Assembly (NCBI GenBank): GCA_965656375.1
Contig: CBFHKH010000001.1
Span: 13,432-77,431, forward strand
Length of the DNA: 64,000 nucleotides
Source: Minisyncoccia bacterium
GTDB lineage: Bacteria > Patescibacteriota > Minisyncoccia > Phycocordibacterales > UBA9973
Direction: 5' to 3'
The notes beneath the pieces were generated by a model. It was not told the DNA's origin, did not search any database, and worked only from the letters and a program-made list of their open reading frames with translations. Of the stretch, positions 49,205-59,769 are shown in pieces. The position numbers were made by a program, and so were the translations under genes. The first letter of the stretch is position 1. The number at the start of each line of letters is the position of its first letter.

Positions 49205-50518
49205 ATGTCATCACTTCGATTTAAAATTGAAAAGAAACTCGAGGGTGGTCTTGGTCGTGCAGGTACCATCGAGACTCCTCATGGAATGATACAGACACCT
49301 GCGTTCGTTGTTGTCGGTACAAAGGCTGCCGTTAAAGCAATGACCCCAGAACAGGTCCGTGATAGTGGCGCTCAAGTTGTCCTTGCTAACACGTACCATT
49401 TGTATCTACAGCCAGGTGATGAATTGGTGCGAGATGTAGGAGGTCTCCAAACATTTATGAATTGGTCCGGTCCTACCATGACCGACTCAGGGGGATTCCA
49501 GGTCTTTTCGCTCGGCGCAGCTTATGGGAAAGAGATTTCAAAAGTAACTACGGTTACCGATCCTAATTTTTTAATACCAGAGCGATCAATTGATAGCGTG
49601 ATTCCACTCGCAAAGATCAGTAATGATGGCGTGTCATTCAAGTCGCACCTCGATGGCACAATGCACTATATTACTCCGGAGAAATCGATCGAGATTCAGC
49701 ATAACCTCGGCGCTGATATTATCTTTGCATTTGATGAGTGCACATCTCCAACTGAAAATGAGAAATATCAAGACGAAGCACTTTCTCGTACCCATGCATG
49801 GGCAAAGAGAAGTCTTGAAAAACACAAACAATTAGAAAATATGAAACTGGATGGGAAACAGATGCTTTCTCGCGATTCGCACTCTGCCCTGAATATGACA
49901 AATAAGAGTAGGGAAGCGGAGATCGCAGAAAGCACTGTTTCCCATCCGTTATATCCTCAAGCATTATTTGGGATTGTCCAAGGTGGGCGATCGGAAGTAT
50001 TGCGGAAGAAATCTGCCGAGGTAATCGGTGCAATGGATTTTGATGGGTTCGGTATCGGTGGAAGTTTTGCCAAGGAAGATATGTCGACTGCAGTAAAGTG
50101 GGTCAACGAAATACTGCCGGAGGAAAAACCACGGCATTTGCTTGGTATTGGGGAGCCGGAAGATTTATTTATGGGAGTAGAGAATGGTGTCGACCTCTTT
50201 GACTGCGTCGGACCGACACGGATCGCTCGTAATGGGACTCTGTTTACAAAAAACGGAAAGATAAATCTTTTTAATGCACAGTTCGTAAACGATTTTAATC
50301 CAGTTGAGAAAGACTGCGGTTGCTACACATGCAAGAATTACACGCTCGCATATGTATCACACCTCTTTCGTGCAAAAGAGATGGAGGCTGCAACCCTTGC
50401 GTCCATTCACAATGTCTATTTTATAACAAAGCTTGTTTCTGATATGCGTCAGGCGATCCTAAATAATACATTTTCTACATTCAAAGAAAGTTTCTTACAT
50501 CTCTATTTGCATAAATAG
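49205..50518 (+). CDS. tgt: Queuine tRNA-ribosyltransferase with a roughly 50-aa insertion
   Basis: Motifs FQTPAFVVVGTKAAVK, VLANTYHLYLQPG, GGFQVFS and the Zn site C..C.C...H (CGCYTCKNYTLAYVSHL) are present. The internal ATG was chosen as the start. Confidence 0.85.
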   Translation: MSSLRFKIEKKLEGGLGRAGTIETPHGMIQTPAFVVVGTKAAVKAMTPEQVRDSGAQVVLANTYHLYLQPGDELVRDVGGLQTFMNWSGPTMTDSGGFQVFSLGAAYGKEISKVTTVTDPNFLIPERSIDSVIPLAKISNDGVSFKSHLDGTMHYITPEKSIEIQHNLGADIIFAFDECTSPTENEKYQDEALSRTHAWAKRSLEKHKQLENMKLDGKQMLSRDSHSALNMTNKSREAEIAESTVSHPLYPQALFGIVQGGRSEVLRKKSAEVIGAMDFDGFGIGGSFAKEDMSTAVKWVNEILPEEKPRHLLGIGEPEDLFMGVENGVDLFDCVGPTRIARNGTLFTKNGKINLFNAQFVNDFNPVEKDCGCYTCKNYTLAYVSHLFRAKEMEAATLASIHNVYFITKLVSDMRQAILNNTFSTFKESFLHLYLHK

Positions 50519-50572
50519 TTTCTTTGTGGTTAAATTGCTTTAAAATTTAACTAAAACCTAAAACGAAATATC

Positions 50573-51175
50573 ATGAAACTTTCAGAATTTTTGATTGCAA
50601 ACAATCTTCAAAAACCTCTTATTGCTTTACAGGGTGATATTTTTAAAACCCCTGCTGATCACATTGCGTTTGGCGTACATTGGCGAAATAAAAAAGGCGA
50701 ACTCAATAATTCGAATGGTGGTTTTGCCGGACAGGTAGCAAAGTATGGCTGGCCAGAACTTGCAACACTGGAATTTGAAAAAGGTAAGCCAGTTTCAAAA
50801 TGGATAAAAGGAAAATGCTTTCATGCATTACCTATACATACAAATGAAGTTGGTGGATGGGATGAAGCTCCACAGTTGATTGAAGAATGTCTCAATATAC
50901 TACCTGTTTCAAGTACGGAAGTTATCGCTTGTATTTTAATGGGAGGTGGATACGCTGGATTAAAATACAAAGCTACTGTGAACAACATAGAAGGTATTTT
51001 AAAAACATACAAGACAACAGTTTTGTATGTGTATGATGAGGTTTTGTACAATGCGCTTGTTGGTACCGGAGTTGTTGCCGCAGGTATCCCATTACATGGC
51101 TCTCTTATAAATCTGCCAAAAGTATTTAAGTACGGGGAAAAAAATCTTGCAGAAGTTTTAGAATTGCAAAGCTAA
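50573..51175 (+). CDS. Hypothetical protein, possibly macro-domain-like (tentative)
   Basis: LQGDIFKTPADHIAFGVH...NGGFAGQVA loosely resembles the macro-domain GDIT..DAIVNAAN..GGGV pattern. Confidence 0.3.
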   Translation: MKLSEFLIANNLQKPLIALQGDIFKTPADHIAFGVHWRNKKGELNNSNGGFAGQVAKYGWPELATLEFEKGKPVSKWIKGKCFHALPIHTNEVGGWDEAPQLIEECLNILPVSSTEVIACILMGGGYAGLKYKATVNNIEGILKTYKTTVLYVYDEVLYNALVGTGVVAAGIPLHGSLINLPKVFKYGEKNLAEVLELQS

Positions 51176-51202
51176 GTTTTAGATCATATCTTTATATCAT
51201 AC

Positions 51203-51229
51203 AAGCCGGCAATATGCCCGGCTTTTTTA
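51203..51229 (+). terminator. Rho-independent terminator
   Basis: The hairpin agccgg caatatgc ccggct is followed by ttttt. Confidence 0.6.
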
Positions 51230-51262
51230 TTGCTCGCTTGACGGCTGTGCTATTATGGATAG

Positions 51263-53437
51263 ATGGCAAAGGTTTTCAAATTAAAAAGCGAATACAAGCC
51301 TGATGGTGACCAGCCAAAGGCTATTTCAGAGTTGCTGAATGGGCTCAAGAAGGGGATGGGAAAACAGACGCTTCTCGGTGCCACAGGTACTGGCAAGACC
51401 TTCACTATGGCTAATGTCATAGAGGAGTGGAACAAGCCGACGCTTGTAATCGCACATAACAAAACGCTCGCAGCTCAGCTTGCCCAAGAATTCCGAGAGT
51501 TCTTCCCGGATGCTGCTGTACACTATTTTGTATCATACTATGACTACTATCAGCCGGAAGCATATATGCCGGTCACTGATACCTATATCGAAAAAGACGC
51601 CCAGATCAACAAGGAGATAGATCGTCTTCGTCATGCGACTACGCAAGCCTTGCTCACTCGTAAAGACGTGATTATCGTCGCTTCTGTTTCCTGCATCTAC
51701 GGCCTGGGTTCACCTGAAGAATATGAAAAGGTGAATCTCAAACTTGCAACTGGTATGAAGATGGATCGGACGACACTTATGAAAAAGCTTATCGAAGTGC
51801 ATTTCGAACGTACGAATGCTGATATAAATTCCGGACAGTTCCGATCAATCGGTGCAAAGGTTGAAGTTATGCCGGTATCTGAGACGTTTGTGTATCAGAT
51901 AGAGTTTGCAGGCGGAGCGATCTCTCGCATCGCCAAAGTTGATCCAGTTTCATCGCATATCTTGAAAGAAGAGGAGAATATTTTTCTCTTTCCCACCAAA
52001 CACTTCATCACGGAGAAGGATCAGATAGATCGTGCGATCAAAAGCATCAAAGCGGAACTTGCATCACAGCTAAAATATTTCGAAAAGGAAGGCAAGCTTC
52101 TCGAAGCTGAGCGTATCAAGCGCCGTACGAGCTACGACTTGGCGATGATAAAGGAGATCGGCTATTGTAACGGTATTGAAAACTATTCTCGCCACCTATC
52201 AGGAAAGAGAGAAGGTGAACCACCAGAGACACTCCTCTCATATTTCCCCGAAGGATTCCTCACTATCATCGACGAATCGCATGTAACCCTTCCGCAACTA
52301 AATGGTATGTATGCGGGTGATGCATCTCGTAAGAACACACTTGTCGAGTTTGGTTTTCGTCTGCCATCTGCAAAAGATAATCGACCGCTCAAATACCCAG
52401 AGTTCGAAGAGCGCATCGGCCAGGTTGTGTATGTGTCGGCAACACCATCAAACATTGAGAAAGAATCAAGCGAGCAGATCGTCGAGCAGATCATTCGTCC
52501 AACTGGGCTCATTGATCCAGAGGTTATTGTTCGACCAGTGAGTGCAGATGTGGTTTCGACTCCGATTGCGGAAGAGGATTTTTCGAGGTCCTCGGGTAGG
52601 TTCATCAGACCATCAAAAAATCCTCTTCCGCAATCTCCATACCCAGGGCAAATTCAGGATTTTATTGCTGAAGCAGAAACTACTATCAAAAAAGGTTTCC
52701 GAGTGCTTGCGACTACGCTCACCAAGCGCATGGCTGAGGACCTTTCTACGTATTTAAAAGATAAAGGTATCAAAGCTGAGTATCTCCATAGTGAGATTAA
52801 AACAATAGAGAGAATTCAGATACTGACTGCATTTCGAAAAGGAGATATGGATATTCTCGTCGGTGTGAACTTGCTTCGTGAAGGATTAGATTTGCCAGAA
52901 GTTGCACTTATCGGAATACTCGATGCCGACAAAGAAGGATTCCTTCGTTCGGAGACGTCACTCATCCAGACTATCGGTCGCGCAGCCCGTAATGTTGAGG
53001 GCCGTGTAATACTGTATGCAGATGTTATGACAGGCTCACTAGAGCGTGCGATAGGGGAGACGAATCGAAGACGTGCGATTCAGATAGCGTATAACAAAAA
53101 GCACGGTATCACCCCAAAGACTATTCTCAAAAAAATTAAAGATATTACCGAAGATCTTGAGGATAAACACGAGAAAGCAGTCAACGCAGAACTCGATCTT
53201 GATATAGAACTCTTCAAGAAAGCATTTGCAAAAGACAAGAATAAGAAAGGGAAAACCGAGAAGGACTCGGTCAAAAATCTTCTAATCTCTGACGAAGAGA
53301 GAAATAAGACAGTATATGAAAAGATAATCAAGATCAAAGAAAAAGAAATGAACAGTGCGGTTAAAACGCTCGATTTTGAAACAGCAGCAATTTTACGCGA
53401 CGAGATTATGGTATTGAAACAAAGAATGGAGAAATAG
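51263..53437 (+). CDS. uvrB: Excinuclease ABC subunit B
   Basis: Helicase motifs (GATGTGKTF, DESH) and the beta-hairpin region are present. The C-terminal UVR domain is FETAAILRDEIMVLK. Confidence 0.95.
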   Translation: MAKVFKLKSEYKPDGDQPKAISELLNGLKKGMGKQTLLGATGTGKTFTMANVIEEWNKPTLVIAHNKTLAAQLAQEFREFFPDAAVHYFVSYYDYYQPEAYMPVTDTYIEKDAQINKEIDRLRHATTQALLTRKDVIIVASVSCIYGLGSPEEYEKVNLKLATGMKMDRTTLMKKLIEVHFERTNADINSGQFRSIGAKVEVMPVSETFVYQIEFAGGAISRIAKVDPVSSHILKEEENIFLFPTKHFITEKDQIDRAIKSIKAELASQLKYFEKEGKLLEAERIKRRTSYDLAMIKEIGYCNGIENYSRHLSGKREGEPPETLLSYFPEGFLTIIDESHVTLPQLNGMYAGDASRKNTLVEFGFRLPSAKDNRPLKYPEFEERIGQVVYVSATPSNIEKESSEQIVEQIIRPTGLIDPEVIVRPVSADVVSTPIAEEDFSRSSGRFIRPSKNPLPQSPYPGQIQDFIAEAETTIKKGFRVLATTLTKRMAEDLSTYLKDKGIKAEYLHSEIKTIERIQILTAFRKGDMDILVGVNLLREGLDLPEVALIGILDADKEGFLRSETSLIQTIGRAARNVEGRVILYADVMTGSLERAIGETNRRRAIQIAYNKKHGITPKTILKKIKDITEDLEDKHEKAVNAELDLDIELFKKAFAKDKNKKGKTEKDSVKNLLISDEERNKTVYEKIIKIKEKEMNSAVKTLDFETAAILRDEIMVLKQRMEK

Positions 53438-53474
53438 AAATGGACATGCAAATTGATTGCATGTCCATTTTTGT
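53438..53474. terminator. Bidirectional terminator with a 14-bp perfect stem
   Basis: The stem aaatggacatgcaa / ttgcatgtccattt has a 5-nt loop and is followed by tt. Confidence 0.7.
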
Positions 53475-53485
53475 CTTATTCTTTC

Positions 53486-53947
53486 TTAATACACTTTTAT
53501 TTTCCCTGATACAATATCTTCCGCTCGGCTGATACATTTACCCATTTGAAAGATATTCTTATTTGCTTTATGGATATCGTAGGTATCTTTGAGGCTATCC
53601 AGATATTCCTTTATCTTTTTGTTCTTCGTGTAGAATATTTTCTCTTTAAGAAGCAATTCATTTTTATCTGCAATGTTGAGGAGAAAAATATCTTCATTGT
53701 TAGAGAACCATATTATTTTTGCAAAAAAGCTGTTTTTATCCTTTCCAAAAGTAGTAAAGTGAATTGAAGCACTGTTTTTTGTAAAGTCTGACAGCCCTCT
53801 GCCATCTGCACAATCTATTCCACTCGAAAATAATAAGAATTTTCTAAATTTATCAAGTAAAATTATCGGGCTACCTAGAATAAAGAAATCCAACACATCT
53901 CTATTCTGACCGACGATTTTCTGGGATTGAATATATATGGCTTTCAT
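53486..53947 (-). CDS. Hypothetical 153-aa protein in an AT-rich island
   Basis: Complete ORF. No motif was recognised. Confidence 0.4.
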   Translation of the reverse strand: MKAIYIQSQKIVGQNRDVLDFFILGSPIILLDKFRKFLLFSSGIDCADGRGLSDFTKNSASIHFTTFGKDKNSFFAKIIWFSNNEDIFLLNIADKNELLLKEKIFYTKNKKIKEYLDSLKDTYDIHKANKNIFQMGKCISRAEDIVSGKIKVY

Positions 53948-54003
53948 ATGCTTTGTTTTTAAAGGTTATCAAATAGAGTACTTACTTAAAAAATACTACT
54001 GAG

Positions 54004-54058
54004 ATTGACTTTTGTCAATCAATAGAAAAACCGCAAGCAGTTTTTCTATTTGCGGTTT
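54004..54058 (-). terminator. Two hairpins downstream of the small membrane-protein gene: gattgac-tttt-gtcaatc, and aaaccgcaa-N13-ttgcggttt
   Basis: Both are perfect inverted repeats with adjacent A/T runs. Confidence 0.45.
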
Positions 54059-54066
54059 CAGATATT

Positions 54067-54363
54067 TCACCAACTCTTTACTTTAAAATACATTATCACT
54101 AAAGTTAATAGCCAGATTAAAAAGGCAATTCCCCATAATTTAAAGGGAAGTGGATCCACCATGCCTATTTTCTTGTACGCTTTGTACAAGCTAAAGATGA
54201 TAATTAATGCAGGTAAAGCAATGCTTAATTGGATAAACAATATCCAACCAAACAGATTTGTAGCTGCACTTTCTTTTGTAAAAAATACACACGCAACGAT
54301 CAATTCAATGATTGAAGTAACAATTGCTACCCAGGCAAAGGGCTTTAAGAAGTTATTTTTCAT
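54067..54363 (-). CDS. Hypothetical small 3-TM membrane protein
   Basis: The hydrophobic segments are AWVAIVTSIIELIVACVFF, ILFIQLSIALPALIIIFSLY and LWGIAFLIWLLTLVIMYF. Confidence 0.4.
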   Translation of the reverse strand: MKNNFLKPFAWVAIVTSIIELIVACVFFTKESAATNLFGWILFIQLSIALPALIIIFSLYKAYKKIGMVDPLPFKLWGIAFLIWLLTLVIMYFKVKSW

Positions 54364-54519
54364 AATGAGTAGTTTTTCCTCATAAAGAGGGCTATAAAAT
54401 TTTTTCTTAGTATACTATTAAAATATAACTTTGTCAATGATTGACGTGTATGCTACAATTATTACATAGATAAATAGAGATACACCCCCACTATGTATAT
54501 TGTGGAGGGATGCGTTTGT

Positions 54520-57114
54520 ATGAAAAAAGACACACATGACAAAATAATAGTAAAAGGGGCACGCACTCATAACTTGAAGAACATCAATGTAGAAATGCCA
54601 CGCAACAAAATGGTGGTTATTACTGGCATGTCAGGGTCTGGAAAGTCTTCACTTGCATTCGATACGATCTTTGCAGAAGGTCAGCGTCGCTATGTCGAAT
54701 CACTTTCAGCGTACGCTCGCCAATTCCTAAACCAAATGCCAAAGCCTGATGTTGATGAGATCAGCGGCCTTTCCCCAGCAATTTCAATTGATCAGAAATC
54801 GCGTTCAAACAATCCTCGCTCAACAGTAGCGACGATCACCGAGATATACGACTATCTTCGTGTTCTCTATGCACGTATTGGCCGACCACACTGTCCAGAA
54901 TGCGGCGATGAGATCCAGAAACTCTCAAATGAAGAGATCATGAATTTCGCTCTCAAAAAGATCAAAGCTCATAAGAAACCAGATTCAAAAAAGAAAGTCA
55001 TGGGCGTCGAATGGGATGAAACTCCGATTTCAATATATTCTCCTGTCATTCGAGGAAGAAAAGGCGAATACTATCAGTTGCTCTATGATCTCTTAAATAA
55101 AGGTTTCTCAAAAGTCCGCATGGATGGAGAGATTCGCAACCTTCGCGAACGTATTGATATCTCAAAGACCAAAAAGCACGACATTGATGTACTTGTAGAT
55201 TCTTTCCAGATTCATGAATTCCACGACACTCCAGATGATGCTCGTATGCGACTTGCCGAGGCTATTGAGCGCGCGCTTGTCGAGTCCGAAGGGTTGGTGA
55301 CTATCGCTATCGCTGATGAAGAATTCCTTATGTCTTCAAAGTTTGCCTGTCCTCGTGATGGATTCTCATTCCCTGAAGTTGAACCGAGATTGTTCTCTTT
55401 CAATTCACCATACGGTGCATGTCCTACGTGTAACGGTCTTGGTACCAAATACTTTGGTGGAACTGAACCATGCGATGATTGTGGTGGTGCGAGACTTCGT
55501 ACTGAAGCGCTTCATGTATACCTTGGTAAGACAAAAGGTATCAATATCGTAAAGCTAACACATCTCTCAATCGCTGAAGTTGCCGACTACTTTATTGAGC
55601 TCGAACTCAACGAACAAGAAAAAGAAATTTCTAAAGTCGTGATTAAAGAAATCGAGGCTCGCATTCAATTCCTCCTCAATGTGGGACTTGAGTATCTTTC
55701 ACTTGATCGTAAGGCAAATACGCTCTCTGGTGGGGAAGCGCAGCGTATTCGCTTAGCTTCCCAGTTGGGTTCTCGTCTTGTTGGGGCGCTCTATGTGCTC
55801 GATGAACCGACTATCGGCCTTCACCAGCGTGACAATGATCGCTTAATCAAGACACTTCTTGATCTTCGAGACCTTGGCAATACGATCATCGTTGTCGAGC
55901 ATGATGAAGATACAATCTATGCATCTGACTATATCGTTGATATTGGTCCAAAGGCAGGTGTTCATGGCGGTAAAGTTATCGTTTCTGATTATCTTGAACC
56001 GCTCCTTGAGGCAAAGACCAATCTTTCCAAATCCCGCACCCTTGCATATCTTCGCGATGAAGTACGTATTGAAGTACCGGAAAAGCGCCGCACCAGCGAT
56101 AAAGGGTCGCTCAAGATCGTTGGAGGGAAAGTTTTCAATATTGATAATTTAAATGCAGAAGTCCCACTTGGCAAAATGGTAGTTATTACGGGCGTCTCTG
56201 GATCTGGCAAGAGTTCCTTTATGTATGAGATCCTGCACAAGAATTTGCAAACACGGTATGAGCGGAAGACTCGCAGTGCAAATATTTACAACTGCGCATC
56301 ATTTACCGGAACCGAATACCTGTCGCGTGCGATTCTCATTGATCAGTCGGCTATTGGTCGTACGCCGCGTTCAAACATCGCTACCTATACCGGAGCGTTC
56401 ACGCATATTCGTGATTTGTTTGCTGCGACCGATGATGCTCGTCTTCGTGGATGGAAGTCGAACCGATTCTCATTCAATGTCAAAGGTGGACGCTGCGAAG
56501 CATGTGAGGGGAATGGAGAAATAGCAGTAGAAATGCATTTCTTGCCGACAGTGTACGTGACCTGTGATGTCTGTAACGGCAAGCGCTTTGATAAAGAAAC
56601 ACTCACAGTCAAATACAAAAAGAAAAATGTATACGAAGTTCTCCAGCTTACCATCGAAGAAGCAGTAGTGTTTTTTGAAGATATTCCAAATGTATATGAT
56701 AGATTAAAGACACTTATGGATGTAGGCTTGGGGTACATCAAGCTTGGTCAGTCTGCTACGACGCTCTCTGGTGGGGAAGCGCAGCGTGTAAAGATTTCTT
56801 CGGAGCTCTATCGTCCGCATCTTGAAAAGACGATTTACCTTCTCGATGAGCCAACTGTCGGACTTCACTATGATGATGTGGCAAAACTTTTAGAAGTATT
56901 AAATAAGCTTGTAGACAAGGGTAACACCGTTGTCCTCATCGAACACAGCATGGATATCATCAAATGCGCTGATTATCTGATCGATATTGGTCCAGAAGGC
57001 GGAACAGGTGGTGGTAAAATCGTTGCTCGCGGTACACCAGAGGAAGTTGCCAATACTCCCGGATCCTATACAGGAAAATACCTTAAGAAAGTATTGAAAA
57101 AAAATAAAAGCTGA
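54520..57114 (+). CDS. uvrA: Excinuclease ABC subunit A, compact 864-aa form
   Basis: There are two ABC modules ([33 protein letters not shown] twice). Zn-finger Cys clusters are present (CPECG, CPTC...[14 protein letters not shown]...CDVCNG). GGAGG lies 11 nt upstream of the chosen ATG. Confidence 0.93.
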   Translation: MKKDTHDKIIVKGARTHNLKNINVEMPRNKMVVITGMSGSGKSSLAFDTIFAEGQRRYVESLSAYARQFLNQMPKPDVDEISGLSPAISIDQKSRSNNPRSTVATITEIYDYLRVLYARIGRPHCPECGDEIQKLSNEEIMNFALKKIKAHKKPDSKKKVMGVEWDETPISIYSPVIRGRKGEYYQLLYDLLNKGFSKVRMDGEIRNLRERIDISKTKKHDIDVLVDSFQIHEFHDTPDDARMRLAEAIERALVESEGLVTIAIADEEFLMSSKFACPRDGFSFPEVEPRLFSFNSPYGACPTCNGLGTKYFGGTEPCDDCGGARLRTEALHVYLGKTKGINIVKLTHLSIAEVADYFIELELNEQEKEISKVVIKEIEARIQFLLNVGLEYLSLDRKANTLSGGEAQRIRLASQLGSRLVGALYVLDEPTIGLHQRDNDRLIKTLLDLRDLGNTIIVVEHDEDTIYASDYIVDIGPKAGVHGGKVIVSDYLEPLLEAKTNLSKSRTLAYLRDEVRIEVPEKRRTSDKGSLKIVGGKVFNIDNLNAEVPLGKMVVITGVSGSGKSSFMYEILHKNLQTRYERKTRSANIYNCASFTGTEYLSRAILIDQSAIGRTPRSNIATYTGAFTHIRDLFAATDDARLRGWKSNRFSFNVKGGRCEACEGNGEIAVEMHFLPTVYVTCDVCNGKRFDKETLTVKYKKKNVYEVLQLTIEEAVVFFEDIPNVYDRLKTLMDVGLGYIKLGQSATTLSGGEAQRVKISSELYRPHLEKTIYLLDEPTVGLHYDDVAKLLEVLNKLVDKGNTVVLIEHSMDIIKCADYLIDIGPEGGTGGGKIVARGTPEEVANTPGSYTGKYLKKVLKKNKS

Positions 57115-57176
57115 ACTCTATGTTCAGCTTTTATCATTATTTTGTATATCACACCTTTCTAGATATCAAGCAGAAA

Positions 57177-58025
57177 TCATCGGTACTGCACATACCAGAT
57201 GACTCTTACTGGTTGCATCGTAAAGGAATTCTTCAGTTCTATAAAGAAGTTGGAAATTCTTTTCTTATAGCTCAAACCTATTTTTTCCTTCACAACCTTC
57301 TTTTCAGGAAATAATCTTGTGCAAATTTGTAAACCCAATTCAGCATAAAAGAGGCCCGCTGTAATTGGGAGCTCATCATCTGTGTCTAAAGAGAATATCC
57401 TTACCCTCAATGTATCCTTGATCATCCACTCGATCTTTCCATATGCAGCACAGAAATTCTTCACTTCATGTGGACCCTTTGGCAGTATCACTTTTTTGAA
57501 AAGTTTATCAATGACAATGTGGGCATACGGTGAACCTATATTGTCGGTGTATAGTGTATCTCTGTATTTAAAAAGGTTGCATTCAGAGCGAAAAGTTATA
57601 AGAACTACATATCTCATCATCAAGAATCCTCTCAACCATCTTTTCATACCCTTTTTTACCAGAAATATTTTTTTTGTTGTTTCATTCAATCCGATAACCA
57701 TTTCCTTGGTAATATTCGTTTTATGGTTTGCGTCTCTAGCTAGACCATAAAAAAACTTTATAGAGATATTTCCAGTTTCTTTTTCAAGTGAGATTTTCAT
57801 TGATTTCTGAGTAAATCTTTTTTGCCTTTTGGTTATTACTAAGGTATAGACATGGTATCTATTTTCTTGAATACCTTCAGGTGCTAAGCATAATCCAGAA
57901 TAGTTTATCAACAAGTTTTTTATGAAGTTGGAAAATTTTGTTTTATGAAAAGGGGTGTAGTTAACGATTCCTTTTCGAGAAGATAATATCTTTTTTTGGG
58001 GTGGAATTGCCGCAATATTTTGCAT
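57177..58025 (-). CDS. Hypothetical 282-aa protein in an AT-rich island
   Basis: Complete ORF. No motif was recognised. Local GC is visibly lower than in the flanking uvr genes. Confidence 0.4.
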   Translation of the reverse strand: MQNIAAIPPQKKILSSRKGIVNYTPFHKTKFSNFIKNLLINYSGLCLAPEGIQENRYHVYTLVITKRQKRFTQKSMKISLEKETGNISIKFFYGLARDANHKTNITKEMVIGLNETTKKIFLVKKGMKRWLRGFLMMRYVVLITFRSECNLFKYRDTLYTDNIGSPYAHIVIDKLFKKVILPKGPHEVKNFCAAYGKIEWMIKDTLRVRIFSLDTDDELPITAGLFYAELGLQICTRLFPEKKVVKEKIGLSYKKRISNFFIELKNSFTMQPVRVIWYVQYR

Positions 58026-58125
58026 AAGAGTTAAATTTTAAAAGTTTTGAGTTTGGTTTAGATACTATAATATAGTAGATCTCCAAAAAGTCAAGAACCA
58101 AAATAAAAAGGCATCACCGTGTGGG

Positions 58126-58443
58126 CTAGCCTTTGTCTTTTCTTTTCGCTTTTCTTATTTTCACTATTACTAGTATTGTAAATACTGTTCCCATCAGGCC
58201 ACTGATAGTGGCAATTCCAGGAGAATCACATGCAAGTACCAGGATAAATAATACTATCGACAAAAAAAGATTGATAGAAATTTGTAAAATTTCCTTCCAT
58301 GAAATTTCCAGTAAATTTATAAGAAAGTAGAATACTACTAATCCAATAAAAATACTTCCACTGATCAAAATTACATCATAACTGAATCCAAAATAATTGA
58401 GGTATTCAGTTGAAGGTCCTTTTCGTTGTCCGAATAGAGGCAT
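58126..58443 (-). CDS. Hypothetical small membrane protein
   Basis: There are two hydrophobic helices. The C-terminus is basic (RKAKRKDKG). Confidence 0.4.
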   Translation of the reverse strand: MPLFGQRKGPSTEYLNYFGFSYDVILISGSIFIGLVVFYFLINLLEISWKEILQISINLFLSIVLFILVLACDSPGIATISGLMGTVFTILVIVKIRKAKRKDKG

Positions 58444-58495
58444 ACAATTATTTTTAGAGGTTTGAAATAGCTTAGATTTATCATATAGTAAGAGG

Positions 58496-59734
58496 GTGAA
58501 AAGTCAATTTTTGAAAAAGCTCAAAATCCCCGATACACCGGGAGTATATTTCTTCCGAAAAGGGAAGACTATTCTCTATATCGGCAAGGCTACCTCTCTC
58601 CGTTCCCGTACCCGAAGTTATTTCGCTAAAGACTTGATCGCTACTCGTGGCCCTACTATTGTAGATATGGTATTCAAAGCAGGTGACATTACATGGACTG
58701 AGACTGACTCAGTGCTCGAAGCTCTTCTTCTTGAAGCTGAACTGATTAAAAAGCACAGACCCTACTACAATGTTCAAGAAAAAGATGATAAAAGTTTCAA
58801 TTGCGTCGTCATAACTCGAGAGGATTTCCCAAAGGTATTAGTGATCCGCAAGCGCGAGCTTATCGCAGATTTAGATGCAAAAAAGAAGTATCAAGCTATC
58901 TACGGACCGTTTACAAATGGGCTTCAGCTTCGAGAAGCACTCAAGATTATCAGGAGAATATTCCCATTCATTGATGCTCAGTCTGCAAAGAAGGATAATG
59001 AGTTATTCTATCATCAGCTCGGCCTTTCTCCGGATACGCATTCTGACAGAGCGGAAAAAGCATATCAAGATACTATCCGAAATCTCAAGCTATTCTTCTC
59101 AGGCAAGAAGAAAGAAGTGATAACGAATATGAAAAAAGAGATGAAGGAAGCCGCACGCATGCGTAACTTTGAACACGCAGCCCAAATCCGTAATCGAATA
59201 TTTGCACTTGAACATATCAACGACGTCTCGCTTCTCAAAGACGATCCAACTGCATCACTCGAGAAAAAATATTTCACTTCTTCAAATACATTTCGTATCG
59301 AAGCGTATGATATCGCGCATATGTCTGGCAAAAATATGGTCGGGGTGATGACAGTAATCGAAGATGGAGAAGTTGCTAAAAAAGAATACAAAAAGTTTAT
59401 TATTCGTACACAAAGCGGATCCAATGACACAGGCGCACTTGAAGAAGTTCTTTCTCGTCGCCTTCGTCATACGGAGTGGGGATTGCCGAGTCTTATTGTT
59501 GTTGACGGAAGTACAGCTCAGATAAACGTTGCTAAGCAAGTGCTTGATCGCTATCAATTTAATATTCCAATTATTTCAGTAGTAAAAGATGATCGACACA
59601 AAGCCAAAGCACTGATGGGGGATGCGGAAATAATAAAAACGCACAAAAAATCGATACTCCTAGGGAATAGCGAAGCACATCGCTTTGGTATCGCATTTCA
59701 TAAGTTGAAGCGCTCAAAGAATTTCCTCAAATAA
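58496..59734 (+). CDS. uvrC: Excinuclease ABC subunit C, short form: GIY-YIG, UVR and RNase H-like endonuclease domains, lacking the C-terminal (HhH)2 domain
   Basis: The GIY-YIG motifs are GVYFFRK...ILYIGKA. The UVR domain is FEHAAQIRNRIFALE. The endonuclease domain is IEAYDIAHMSGKNMVGVMTV...LIVVDGSTAQ. The protein stops at 412 aa. Confidence 0.8.
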   Translation: MKSQFLKKLKIPDTPGVYFFRKGKTILYIGKATSLRSRTRSYFAKDLIATRGPTIVDMVFKAGDITWTETDSVLEALLLEAELIKKHRPYYNVQEKDDKSFNCVVITREDFPKVLVIRKRELIADLDAKKKYQAIYGPFTNGLQLREALKIIRRIFPFIDAQSAKKDNELFYHQLGLSPDTHSDRAEKAYQDTIRNLKLFFSGKKKEVITNMKKEMKEAARMRNFEHAAQIRNRIFALEHINDVSLLKDDPTASLEKKYFTSSNTFRIEAYDIAHMSGKNMVGVMTVIEDGEVAKKEYKKFIIRTQSGSNDTGALEEVLSRRLRHTEWGLPSLIVVDGSTAQINVAKQVLDRYQFNIPIISVVKDDRHKAKALMGDAEIIKTHKKSILLGNSEAHRFGIAFHKLKRSKNFLK

Positions 59735-59765
59735 AAAAGCTTCCCGGGAAGGGAAGCTTTTTATC
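59735..59765. terminator. Bidirectional terminator
   Basis: The stem aagcttccc / gggaagctt is flanked by A and T runs. Confidence 0.65.
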
Positions 59766-59769
59766 TTTA

